DNA of 64,000 nt from the NCBI RefSeq assembly GCF_004104415.1, contig NZ_CP034669.1, one strand, 5' to 3'. The notes under the pieces were generated by a model. That model was given only the letters and a program-made list of their open reading frames with translations, ran no database searches and was not told where the DNA came from. The DNA comes from Corallococcus coralloides (GTDB taxonomy: Bacteria > Myxococcota > Myxococcia > Myxococcales > Myxococcaceae). How positions within the stretch are numbered: position 1 is the stretch's first letter; the number at the start of each line of letters is the position of its first letter. Below, one piece after another: positions 9,060 to 18,228 of the stretch. Position numbers and translations under genes: made by a program.

Positions 9060-11900
9060 ACTGCCGGACAACTCCAGCCTGCACTCGGGCGGCTTGGGCA
9101 TAGAGGTCGCTATGGGAGCAGTCCACATGCGGGAATGCAAAATCAAGGGTGTCACTGGGCTTGGCGCTTGGTACATTGCTACTCACAGGCTGCGGACCTG
9201 AAGAATGGCAGGCGGCCTTGCCTGCAGCACAAGCCTAGAAATTGGCTCACAACGCGAGCACAACAACCCGACCCAACAACAGCCAAAGAACACAACCCAA
9301 AGAGCCAATCCCACCACCAAGACCACCCAACAAAAATCGCCCACCGCTCGAAAACATCACACAAACACACACTCAAAAACCATTCATCAATGACCCTGAC
9401 ACCACACGATGAAGAATCGAATTTCGAAGCCGAAGTAATAAGAATAGCAAGGCAACTTTGGAAGACCGCTGAGTTCGGCGGAAGCCAAATTGAGGACGGC
9501 AGAGAAAGGGATGGTGTTTTCGTCGGAGAAGACACTGTCAATCTCGTCGAATGCACCGTCTCACGCAGAAAAGACAAGGCAGAGAAGGATGTCGGCAAGC
9601 TCATCGACCTGTCGGAAAAATTCCGAAAAACCCACCCCGACAAAGGAATTAAGGCTTGGTTCATCACCCGAGACGAGCCAACCGCAGATCAACGCAGCGT
9701 CGCACAAGCCACACAAAGCCGTGTTATAGCTGTCAGCTTCGACCAGTTTCGGTCTCGGCTAATTGACGCACGCTCCTATATTGATGCTCGAGGCCACTAC
9801 GCATTCGGGAGCATTCGCGATCCAGAGACGGGAAGCACGACCGATCGCACAGAGTATATTCCTCTTGATCTTTTAGCTCGCGAAAGCGGGGCACCACGCA
9901 CAATCAAGGATATTGCCAAAAAAGTCACAACAGGAAGTCGCTTTGTATTGCTGGGAGACTACGGAGCAGGCAAGAGCACCAGCCTAAGAGAAATTTTCTT
10001 TAGCGTAGTCAGCCTATTCAATAACAACAAGTGCCGAGCATTTCCCGTCCACTTGAATTTGCGCGACCACCAAGGCCAAACAAATCCTGCCGAGGCACTT
10101 CTTCGACACGGCACCAACATCGGCATGCCGAACCCCCTGCATCTTGTGCGAGCATGGCGAGCCGGATATGTCGTCGTTCTGCTAGACGGATTCGATGAGA
10201 TTGTAACAGCGGGCTGGGTGGGGCGCAGCAAAAAACTCAAAGAGTGGCGCCACCGCTCAGTCCAACTAATTCGAGAATTCGTCAAATCCACCCCGCCAGA
10301 CATTGGGCTTGTGGTTTCCGGCAGAGAGCATTTTTTTGACAGCACAAAAGAACTCACTGGAGCCCTGAGCACTGGCGAGGGATTTGAGATTTTGACTCTC
10401 AATGAATTCTCCGACGACCAGATCAAGGCATTTCTTGCCAAGAAGGGCTGGTCCGGCCCAGTTCCCGAGTGGCTCCCATCACGACCGCTCCTATTGGGGT
10501 ACCTGGCAGCAAAGGGGCTTTTACAAAAGACTCTTGAAGTAGATGCTGGCTCAAGCCCAGCCGCTGGATGGCATGCATTGCTGGATAGGATTTGTACACG
10601 CGAAGCCGAGATCGAAGCAGGCCTTGACGGGGAGACAATTCGGCGAATAATTGAGCAAATCGCAACAATCGCCAGAAGAGCTACTGATGGCCTTGGGCCC
10701 TTGGGCAGCCAGGACATAGTATCCGCTTTTAGCGAAGTCTGCGGCTATCCTCCCGATGAAATGGCAACGGTGCTTCTGCAACGCCTGCCTGGCCTAGGAG
10801 TTCACTCAGCGGGCGATGAATCCCGCGCGTTTATTGATCGTGACTTTGCGGCTGCGGCCAGGGCGGGCGATATTTTCCGTTATATTGAGGACCCATACTC
10901 CCACTCACTACGAGACCCTCAATCCTGGCAATGTCCGTTTGACGAATTGTCGACACAGGTCACCGCGCTTCGCATATCGGGAGCTCAAATTGACCCCAAG
11001 AAGATCAGCATTGCTACACAGAGAGCTGCCGAGAGCGCGGGGTGGGACATCGCAGCCCTTGATCTGATTCGTACAGGATACGAAGTTGGCGCACCGCGCC
11101 TATCTGGAAAGATGTACATAACAGAAGCATTCGTTTCATCGTTCGAGCTACATGAAGAGGAGACCGTCTGGACTGGAATTGAATTTCAAGATTGCATCTT
11201 CGGCCGATTGACCGTCCCGCCGGAAACCGATCTTGAAGCCTGCCCGCGCTTCGTACGGTGCCATTTCGGAATAGTAGATGGCCTGAATGAGAAAGATGGA
11301 CTTCCCGAAGGTATATTCGAAAACTGTACTTGCGACGCATTCGAGCAAAAAGTCCACACAACGGTAGGACTGCTCAACCTCTCGATCCCACTCGGGTCCA
11401 GAGTATTGCTTACTATCCTCAAGAAGCTTTACATGCAGCGAGGGACGGGCCGAAAGGAGAGCGCACTGTATCGAGGCTTAGATCATCGTGCCCGGCGACT
11501 TGTCCCTGACATTCTTTCGCTACTAGTGAGCGAAGGATTAGTAGTCAAAGCACGCGGAGGTGAACAAGTTGTCTGGCTTCCCGAGAGGTCCCATAGTGGG
11601 CACATTAGGCGGATTTTAGCCTCACCTGAAACCACGACTGACCCTTTGGTTTTGAAGGCAGGTCAGATTGTATGACTAAAAACCATTAACTACCCACATT
11701 TCCATCAGAACGGCCGGCATTTACAGGTGCACCCTGAGAAATCAGGTCGCCATCTGCAGTTTGCACCTGCGCCCCTCACGCCCTGTCAAGCGATATTTGA
11801 TGGGGCTTTATGCTCGACGCATAACCACGCATCGTGCGTACCCCGAGTCCATTCAGAAACCAATGCTTTGACTCCGGTTTCTGCATCGGCCCTGACGGTC
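9060..11900. other. low-GC (about 50%) horizontally acquired island inserted in the Cys-rich lipoprotein paralog array
   Basis: Abrupt base-composition drop versus about 70% flanks; bounded by about 88%-identical copies of the lipoprotein 3' end plus terminator (8850-9065 vs 11890-12130); carries a single large ORF. Confidence 0.7.
9390..11675 (+). CDS. NACHT-like STAND P-loop NTPase with N-terminal Mrr/NERD-like nuclease-fold domain; candidate antiphage defence protein (bNACHT/Avs-like)
   Basis: 761 aa; Walker A VLLGDYGAGKST; Walker B VVVLLDGFDE (NACHT-diagnostic DGFDE); sensor-1-like GLVVSGRE; N-terminal FEAEVIRIARQLW...RERDGVF...VNLVECTVSRRKDK resembles Mrr-cat/NERD; long C-terminal region without recognisable repeats. 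Confidence 0.75.
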   Translation: MTLTPHDEESNFEAEVIRIARQLWKTAEFGGSQIEDGRERDGVFVGEDTVNLVECTVSRRKDKAEKDVGKLIDLSEKFRKTHPDKGIKAWFITRDEPTADQRSVAQATQSRVIAVSFDQFRSRLIDARSYIDARGHYAFGSIRDPETGSTTDRTEYIPLDLLARESGAPRTIKDIAKKVTTGSRFVLLGDYGAGKSTSLREIFFSVVSLFNNNKCRAFPVHLNLRDHQGQTNPAEALLRHGTNIGMPNPLHLVRAWRAGYVVVLLDGFDEIVTAGWVGRSKKLKEWRHRSVQLIREFVKSTPPDIGLVVSGREHFFDSTKELTGALSTGEGFEILTLNEFSDDQIKAFLAKKGWSGPVPEWLPSRPLLLGYLAAKGLLQKTLEVDAGSSPAAGWHALLDRICTREAEIEAGLDGETIRRIIEQIATIARRATDGLGPLGSQDIVSAFSEVCGYPPDEMATVLLQRLPGLGVHSAGDESRAFIDRDFAAAARAGDIFRYIEDPYSHSLRDPQSWQCPFDELSTQVTALRISGAQIDPKKISIATQRAAESAGWDIAALDLIRTGYEVGAPRLSGKMYITEAFVSSFELHEEETVWTGIEFQDCIFGRLTVPPETDLEACPRFVRCHFGIVDGLNEKDGLPEGIFENCTCDAFEQKVHTTVGLLNLSIPLGSRVLLTILKKLYMQRGTGRKESALYRGLDHRARRLVPDILSLLVSEGLVVKARGGEQVVWLPERSHSGHIRRILASPETTTDPLVLKAGQIV

Positions 11901-12086
11901 CGCGCCGTGGAACCACCGACCAACTGTGATCCAGACATCGACGTCGGCTGGTGCCGGATCTCCACCGACCGCGTCCGCTGCGCCAACGGCTTCTACATGT
12001 ATGCCTATTCGACGCCGGACGGCTGGTGCATCCGTTACGACGCTTGTGTCAGCCAGGGCGGACCGTACGTCTGCGGTCTGCAATGA
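11884..12086 (+). pseudogene. 5'-truncated remnant of Cys-rich lipoprotein paralog C (signal peptide lost at island junction)
   Basis: About 88% nucleotide identity to 8850-9012 including stop and downstream hairpin (ccctgccctcacatgggggcaggg); no signal peptide; upstream ATG at 11727 gives a non-secretory leader. Confidence 0.6.
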
Positions 12087-12135
12087 AGTCCTCCTCCCTG
12101 CCCTCACATGGGGGCAGGGAGGTCCCACGGCCCAA

Positions 12136-12987
12136 TCACTTCCCAGCGCGCTGAGCCGCCTCCAGCGTGTTCTTCATCAGCATCGCAATCGTCATCGGGC
12201 CCACGCCACCCGGCACCGGAGTAATGAACGACGCGCGCTCGGACGCCGCAGCGAACTCCACGTCCCCCACCAGTTTGCCGTCCGCCTTGCGGTTCATGCC
12301 CACGTCAATCACCACCGCGCCGGGCTTGATCCACGCGCCCTTCACCAGCTCCGGCACGCCCACCGCCACCACCAGGATGTCCGCCTGGGCCACCTCCGAC
12401 GGCAGGTCGCTCTTGCGGTGGCACACCGTCACCGTCGCGTCCTTCTGGAGCAGCATCAGCGCCTGCGGCTTGCCCACGATGTTGCTGCGGCCCACCACCA
12501 CCGCGCGCTTGCCCGCCGGATTGCACCCCACCTCCTCCAACAGCCGCATCACCCCATAGGGCGTGCACGCCCGCGTCGCCGGCCGTCCCAGGAGCAGGTT
12601 GCCCGCGTTCATCGGGTGGAAGCCGTCCGCGTCCTTCTCCGGCTTCACCGCCGCGATGATGGCGTCCGCGTCAATGTGCTTGGGCAACGGCAGCTGCACC
12701 AGGATGCCGTGCACGGCCGGGTCCTCGTTCAGCCGGTGCACCAGCGCCAGGAGCGCGTCCTGGGTGATGGTCTCGTCCGGGTGGTGCTCCCAGGAGTTGA
12801 AGCCCACCTCCTCGGCGGCCTTCTTCTTCCCCGTCACATAAATCTTGGACGCCGGGTCCTCACCCACGCGCACCACGGCGAGCCCCGGGGTGATGCCGCG
12901 CTCCGCCTTCAGGCGCGTCACCTCCTCCTTGATCTCCGCCCGCACGCGCGCCGCCACTGCCTTGCCGTCAATCAACTGAGCCGTCAT
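12136..12987 (-). CDS. folD: bifunctional methylenetetrahydrofolate dehydrogenase/cyclohydrolase
   Basis: 283 aa from [13 protein letters not shown]...; FolD motifs ([49 protein letters not shown]). Confidence 0.93.
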   Translation of the reverse strand: MTAQLIDGKAVAARVRAEIKEEVTRLKAERGITPGLAVVRVGEDPASKIYVTGKKKAAEEVGFNSWEHHPDETITQDALLALVHRLNEDPAVHGILVQLPLPKHIDADAIIAAVKPEKDADGFHPMNAGNLLLGRPATRACTPYGVMRLLEEVGCNPAGKRAVVVGRSNIVGKPQALMLLQKDATVTVCHRKSDLPSEVAQADILVVAVGVPELVKGAWIKPGAVVIDVGMNRKADGKLVGDVEFAAASERASFITPVPGGVGPMTIAMLMKNTLEAAQRAGK

Positions 12988-13038
12988 GAGAGCCACCTTA
13001 TGCAAGACTGGCCCGGCACAAGGGAGCGAAGCGAAGGC

Positions 13039-13875
13039 ATGGGCGCGGGAAAAGTTCTCGGGGCGATGTTGGGTCTCATGGCCGGTCTCCTCATGGGAGG
13101 GCCCTGGGCCGTCGTGCTCTCCCTCATCCTGGGCACGGCCCTGGGCCACTACTTCGACGAACAGAACGCCGCGCCCCCGGACTTCCCCGAAATCTTCAGC
13201 GACTTCCCCGTCACCTTCGAGCCGCCTCCCAAGCCGGCCCCCCTCTCCCAGGGCCCGGGCGAGTTCCCCATCATCCAGGCCCCGGACGAGGACCCGCTCG
13301 ACCGCGACATCACCGCCCTCTTCGTGGACGTGGCCCGCGCCGACGGCGACATGCGCCGCGAGGAGGTCCGCGAGGTCCGCCGCTACTTCGAGGAGGTCCT
13401 CCGCGCCGACGCCCACACCGTCCAGGCCGTGCGCCGTTACCTCAAGGACTTCCTCGCCCGCCCCGCCTCCCTGGACGCCCCCGCCGCCCTCGCCTCCTGC
13501 CTGGACTCCCTGCCTTCGGGCGAACGGCTCCGCCTGCTGGACGCGCTCTATGAGATGGCGCTCTCGGACGGCCCCCTCCAGCGCTCCGAACGTGAGGCCC
13601 TGAAGCGCATGGCCGAAGGCCTGGACGTCCCCGACGCCAAGGTCCAGGCCCTGGCCGAACAGCACCTGGGCGACGCCACCGCCCACTACCAGACGCTGGG
13701 CCTCCCCCCGGACGCCACCGACGCGGAGGTGAAGAGCGCCTACCGCAAGCTCGCCGCCCGCTTCCACCCGGACAAGGCCAGCCACCTCGCGCCCAAGGCC
13801 GCCGAGCAGGCCGCCCGCCGGTTCCAGGCTGTCCGCGACGCCTACGAGGAAATCCGCAGGCTGCGCGGCCTGTAG
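13039..13875 (+). CDS. DjlA-like co-chaperone: N-terminal TM segment, TerB-like middle domain, C-terminal J domain
   Basis: Hydrophobic N-terminus [32 protein letters not shown]; C-terminal [32 protein letters not shown]-domain with HPD. Confidence 0.8.
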   Translation: MGAGKVLGAMLGLMAGLLMGGPWAVVLSLILGTALGHYFDEQNAAPPDFPEIFSDFPVTFEPPPKPAPLSQGPGEFPIIQAPDEDPLDRDITALFVDVARADGDMRREEVREVRRYFEEVLRADAHTVQAVRRYLKDFLARPASLDAPAALASCLDSLPSGERLRLLDALYEMALSDGPLQRSEREALKRMAEGLDVPDAKVQALAEQHLGDATAHYQTLGLPPDATDAEVKSAYRKLAARFHPDKASHLAPKAAEQAARRFQAVRDAYEEIRRLRGL

Positions 13876-13899
13876 CCCGGGTTAGAAGACAGGAATCCC

Positions 13900-14604
13900 A
13901 TGAGCCAGCGTCCCCCCAAGAAGAAGGAAGCGGAGTTCCAGAACAACCCGTTCAAGTCCGCCATCAAGACGCTTCAGGATCAGCAGAAGCAGGAGAAGGA
14001 GGCCGCCGCCGCCGCGGAGGCCGCGAAGAAGAAGGCCGTCGTGCACAAGCCCTCGAAGGCCCCCAAGGCCCGTCCGGAAGACGACGACGTGGGCCTCTTC
14101 TTCTCCGCCATGGACGGCGTGCAGCAGATCACCAATCGCGGTGAAGCCCCCAAGACGAACCCGCGCCTGCCGGAGCTCATCGACGACAACGCGGAGGCGC
14201 TCGCGCAGCTCTCCGACCTGGTCGCCGTGGACGGGCCGCTGTCCTTCACCGGCTCGGACGAGTCCTTCGAGGGCGCCTCCCCCGGCACCGACCCCAACCT
14301 GCTGCGTTCGCTGCGCCGGGGAGACTTCTCCGTGCAGGACCGGTTGGACCTCCACGGCAAGACGCAGCGCGAGGCCCAGGCCGCCGTGGAGCGCTTCCTG
14401 TCCGACAGCCGCCGCGCCAAGCGCCGCTGCGTGCTCATCGTCCACGGGCGCGGTTTGAATTCCAAGGATCAGATCCCGGTGCTCAAGGACGCGGTGCGCG
14501 ACTTGCTGTCGCAGAAGCGGCTGGAGCGGATGGTGCTGGCGTTCTCCACTGCCCGTCCGCAGGACGGCGGGGCTGGCGCCGTCTACGTGCTGCTGCGCCG
14601 ATAG
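13900..14604 (+). CDS. Smr-domain protein (MutS2 C-terminal-like nuclease domain)
   Basis: C-terminal LDLHGKTQREAQAAVERFL...CVLIVHGRGLNS Smr signature; Lys-rich N-terminus. Confidence 0.8.
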   Translation: MSQRPPKKKEAEFQNNPFKSAIKTLQDQQKQEKEAAAAAEAAKKKAVVHKPSKAPKARPEDDDVGLFFSAMDGVQQITNRGEAPKTNPRLPELIDDNAEALAQLSDLVAVDGPLSFTGSDESFEGASPGTDPNLLRSLRRGDFSVQDRLDLHGKTQREAQAAVERFLSDSRRAKRRCVLIVHGRGLNSKDQIPVLKDAVRDLLSQKRLERMVLAFSTARPQDGGAGAVYVLLRR

Positions 14605-14640
14605 CTTTACGCGTGGCCGTGGCTGTGCATACATGCCGCC

Positions 14641-15633
14641 ATGGTTCGCGACCTCATTGACCTTCACATCCACGTGGGTGGCGCGGTGGCTCCGCACATC
14701 CTGTGGTCCATTGCCCACCAGCAGGGCTTCAAGCTCCCCGTCAAGAACTACTTCGACTTCGTCGAGCTGATCACCTCCCGTCCGGGCAAGGTGGGCAGCC
14801 TCGACGACTACCTGAAGATCCTCCACACCTGGACGGAGAAGATCCAATCCTCTCCCAGCGCCATCGAGCGCTCTGTCTACGAGGTGATTGGCAAGGAGTA
14901 CCGGGGCAGCCGCGTCACGCAGATTGAACTGCGCTTCAACCCGATGAAGCGCAACCTCTCCAGCGAGCTGGACCTGGACCACATCATCCACGCGGCGCTG
15001 CGGGGCATGGACCGCGCGACGCTGGAGTACGGCGTGAAGGTGGGCATCATCTTCTGCCTGGCCCGCGAGTTCGACCACAAGCTCAACAGCATCATCGTGG
15101 AGAAGGCCATCAAGTACCGCTCGCGCGGCGTGTACGGCATCGACCTGGCCGGCACGGAGCGCGACGCGATGGAGCACAGGTCCTCTCTCTCCGAGTACGA
15201 GGACCTCTACGCCCGCGCGCGCAAGGCGGGCCTCAAGTGCACCGTTCACACCGGCGAGACGGCCGGCACGGGCGCCAACGGCCTGATGGCGGCGGTGGAG
15301 AAGCTCAAGCCCCACCGCATCGGCCACGGCATCCGCGCCGCGTACGACGAGTCCGCGATGAAGGTGCTCCGCGAGAACAACATCACGCTGGAGCTGTGCC
15401 CGACCTCCAACATCCACACCAAGGCGGTGGCGGACCTGCAGGAGCTCAAGCACATCATGCAGACGTTCTGGGACCGCAAGGTGAAGTTCACCATCAACAC
15501 GGACGGCCCCTACCTGCTGGAGACGGACATGCGGCGGGAGATTGAGCTCGTCGAGTCCAACGGCCTGCTGACGACGGAGCAGGTGGACCAGGCACTCGCG
15601 TGGGCGCGCGAAGCGTCCTTCATCCCGGCCTGA
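14641..15633 (+). CDS. adenosine/AMP deaminase family protein
   Basis: DLHIHVGG metal-binding motif at N-terminus; TVHTGE and TINTDGP later motifs of the adenosine deaminase superfamily. Confidence 0.85.
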   Translation: MVRDLIDLHIHVGGAVAPHILWSIAHQQGFKLPVKNYFDFVELITSRPGKVGSLDDYLKILHTWTEKIQSSPSAIERSVYEVIGKEYRGSRVTQIELRFNPMKRNLSSELDLDHIIHAALRGMDRATLEYGVKVGIIFCLAREFDHKLNSIIVEKAIKYRSRGVYGIDLAGTERDAMEHRSSLSEYEDLYARARKAGLKCTVHTGETAGTGANGLMAAVEKLKPHRIGHGIRAAYDESAMKVLRENNITLELCPTSNIHTKAVADLQELKHIMQTFWDRKVKFTINTDGPYLLETDMRREIELVESNGLLTTEQVDQALAWAREASFIPA

Positions 15634-15636
15634 CGC

Positions 15637-16710
15637 ATGTACGGCCTGACTCGCGCATTGCTCTTCAGCCTGCCCCCGGAGCCCGCGCACCGGCTGGGCA
15701 TGTCGGGGCTCGCGGCCCTGGGGAAGTGGAACGCCCGCTGCCGCGCCATGCGCGAGCACACGCTGGCCCGCGCGCCCATGGACCTGTCCGTGGAGCTGGC
15801 GGGGCTGAAGTTCGCCCACCCGGTGGCGCTGGCCGCCGGGCTGGACAAGGACGCGGAGGCCGTGGACGGGCTGTTCGCCTGCGGCTTCTCCGCCGTGGAG
15901 ATTGGCACCGTCACGCCGAAGCCCCAGCCGGGCAACCCGAAGCCGCGCCTGTTCCGCCTGCCGGAGCACCGCGCGGTCATCAACCGCATGGGCTTCAACA
16001 ACCACGGCGCGGCCACCGCGGCGGAGCGCCTCAAGGCCCGCTCATGGAAGCCCGGCCCGCTGGGCGTGAACATCGGCAAGAACAAGGACACGCCGCTGGA
16101 GCGCGCGGTGGACGACTACGTGGCGTGCGTGGACGCGCTCGCGCCGCTGGGGGACTACGTCGTCGTCAACGCGTCCTCGCCCAACACGCCGGGCCTGCGC
16201 AAGCTGCAGGAGCCGGAGGCGCTGTCCGCGCTGCTGCTCGCCGTGCGCGAGCGCATGGACCAGGTGGCCCCGGGCACGCCGCTGTTCCTCAAGATCGCCC
16301 CGGACCTCACGCCCGAGGCCGTGGATGAGGTGGTGGACGTGGCGATGGCGCGTGGGTTGTCCGGGCTCATCGCCACCAACACCACCCTCACCCGCCCCTT
16401 CGAGCACCAGCACTCGAAGGAGGCCGGCGGCCTGTCCGGCGCCCCGGTGCGCGAGCTGTCCAACGCCGTCATCCGCCGCGCGTACCAGCGCGGCAAGGGC
16501 GCCCTGCCCCTCATCGGCGTGGGCGGCGTGTTCAGCGCGCAGGACGTCTACGAGAAGCTGCGCGCGGGCGCGACCGTGGTGCAGGTCTACACGGGCTTCA
16601 TCTACGAGGGCCCGGGCATGGTGGACCGCATCCTCCCGGAGCTGGGCGCCCTGCTGGCCCGGGACGGCTTCGCCTCCGTGCGCGACGTGATTGGCGTGGA
16701 CGCCCGCTAG
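15637..16710 (+). CDS. pyrD: dihydroorotate dehydrogenase (quinone), class 2
   Basis: 357 aa; GFNNHG, VNIGKNKDT, VNASSPNTPGLR, IGVGGV motifs of PyrD. Confidence 0.93.
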   Translation: MYGLTRALLFSLPPEPAHRLGMSGLAALGKWNARCRAMREHTLARAPMDLSVELAGLKFAHPVALAAGLDKDAEAVDGLFACGFSAVEIGTVTPKPQPGNPKPRLFRLPEHRAVINRMGFNNHGAATAAERLKARSWKPGPLGVNIGKNKDTPLERAVDDYVACVDALAPLGDYVVVNASSPNTPGLRKLQEPEALSALLLAVRERMDQVAPGTPLFLKIAPDLTPEAVDEVVDVAMARGLSGLIATNTTLTRPFEHQHSKEAGGLSGAPVRELSNAVIRRAYQRGKGALPLIGVGGVFSAQDVYEKLRAGATVVQVYTGFIYEGPGMVDRILPELGALLARDGFASVRDVIGVDAR

Positions 16711-16768
16711 CGAGAGCGCCTGTCCCCGAGTTCCTCCTGCCGTGGACGTCTGTGCTGCCAAGGCCCGG

Positions 16769-17455
16769 TCAGCGTTGTGGCACCTCGCTGAACTCGACGT
16801 CGCTCGGGCCCAGCTTGTCCACCGTGTCGGCGAAGCGCTCGGAGATCACCATCACCCCCGTTCCCCATACGCGGAACACGTCGCTCGATGGCACGGTGGC
16901 CGCGTCCAGCGCCCAGTCGGTGGCGAGGCTGAAGCCTCCCTGGTGGCCGCAGTAGTCACAGGACGGGCTGTCCGGCGTCACCGAGGCGTGGTGGGCGCGG
17001 CCGATGGGGCGCGCCTCCACCTCGTACAGCTGTCCCCCGCTCCCCTGCAGCTGGGCAGGCACCGCGTCCACGCCCTGCAGCGGCAGTTCGCGAAAGGCCG
17101 CCCAGGCGTCCTCGCGCACCAACAGCTGCCAGCCAGGCCATGCCGTCAGCGGACCGAAGTCACCGGACGCGGTGCCCCGAAGCGGCCCGAAGGCGCAGCC
17201 TGGCGTTACCTCCTGGTCCACCGCCACCAAGGGCGTGATGGCCGCCGCCATCCGGCGGTACTCGGCCACCGTCGTCGGCCAGAGCGTCTCCTCGAGTTCC
17301 TTCGCGAGTGCCCCCGTTCCGCTCAAGTCCACCGTCGGGTACGCGCCCGCGCCCGCCCAGGTTCCGCAGCGCGGACAGTCCACCCCTGGCAGCACCCAGC
17401 GGTGCTCAGCGTCGTAGCGCCCGCTCCACCGCCATGGCCCCTGCGCCGCGCGCAC
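16769..17455 (-). CDS. double-CXXCG motif protein (SitI-type immunity protein candidate)
   Basis: Two CxxCG motifs (CPRCGTWAG, CDYCGHQGG) about 140 aa apart; matches the myxobacterial double-CXXCG family that I recall being annotated as SitI6 immunity proteins. Confidence 0.6.
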   Translation of the reverse strand: MRAAQGPWRWSGRYDAEHRWVLPGVDCPRCGTWAGAGAYPTVDLSGTGALAKELEETLWPTTVAEYRRMAAAITPLVAVDQEVTPGCAFGPLRGTASGDFGPLTAWPGWQLLVREDAWAAFRELPLQGVDAVPAQLQGSGGQLYEVEARPIGRAHHASVTPDSPSCDYCGHQGGFSLATDWALDAATVPSSDVFRVWGTGVMVISERFADTVDKLGPSDVEFSEVPQR

Positions 17456-17469
17456 CCTTTAGTAGCGCA

Positions 17470-17670
17470 TCAGTCACCCCTCACAGGTTGGGGACTCAGG
17501 TCGACGACTTGCCAGTACGTCATGGTCAGGCCGAAGAGGCCGTGCCTCTGAATCATGGCCGACGCCTGCTCGAAGTATTCCGCCTTCCTGGCGCGGTCCT
17601 GTTTCATGCGAAGCCATTCCTCCCACTCGCCAGTTGGTGCGCAGCTGACAACGAGCAGCAGCCCAAGCAT
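17470..17670 (-). CDS. tiny lipoprotein ORF (about 66 aa) immediately upstream of the double-CXXCG gene; possibly degraded SitA-like toxin N-terminus
   Basis: MLGLLLVVSCAPTGEWEEW... lipobox VVSC; 14-nt gap to downstream gene; weak. Confidence 0.3.
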   Translation of the reverse strand: MLGLLLVVSCAPTGEWEEWLRMKQDRARKAEYFEQASAMIQRHGLFGLTMTYWQVVDLSPQPVRGD

Positions 17671-18228
17671 CCAACGCAGATGCCCCCCCGGACGTGAAAG
17701 CCGCAGTCTCCCGCACAGCGCACCGTCGCGAGCGTGTCCGCGCGGGCAGCGCTCCATCCGGTCGCCGACAGCGACCGGCCTTCCCGTTGCCCCAGGGCAC
17801 GCACGCGGTGGACTCCCTGACCGCGAACAAGACTCCTGCGGAAGCGATTGCCTTTACGCGCGTGGGCGAAAACCTCTTCTTCCGCGCCCTGCCCGGCGCA
17901 CCAGGCTTCTCGCTGTGGGCCATCCCGCTGAGCCAATAGCCTGACGCGTTATGCCCTCCAGGGCCTGATCCTTATCCTCAGGGCTGTCTGGCATTGAACG
18001 CTGACGCAATGCATCTCAGACGCCTCTTGGTCTTTCCAGGACTCCAAGGAAACTCCGAACCTGCCAGGTCCGATGATGGATCCAGGCCCAGCCTACCCCG
18101 AACCCGTCTTTCCCATTATCCGCGCCTGCCTACCTGATCCGGGTAGTGATTGTGACAATGGACAATGGCAGACATTTCACATCAGGCACGACGCACGCGG
18201 TCACGGGCGGTTGGTTATAGCGCCGCCC

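Noticed and set aside
9179-10717. Minus-strand ORFs (162 and 252 aa) inside the island
   Set aside because: Antisense to the NTPase gene that carries the Walker A/B motifs. The composition matches the shadow frame.
13882-16005. 707-aa minus-strand ORF
   Set aside because: Antisense to Smr, adenosine deaminase and PyrD genes, which all have clear motifs.
17474-17944. Overlapping 110-149-aa ORFs on both strands between the double-CXXCG gene and the OCD gene
   Set aside because: They are mutually overlapping with no motifs or RBS. The region is treated as likely decayed or non-coding, apart from the tentative 66-aa lipoprotein ORF.
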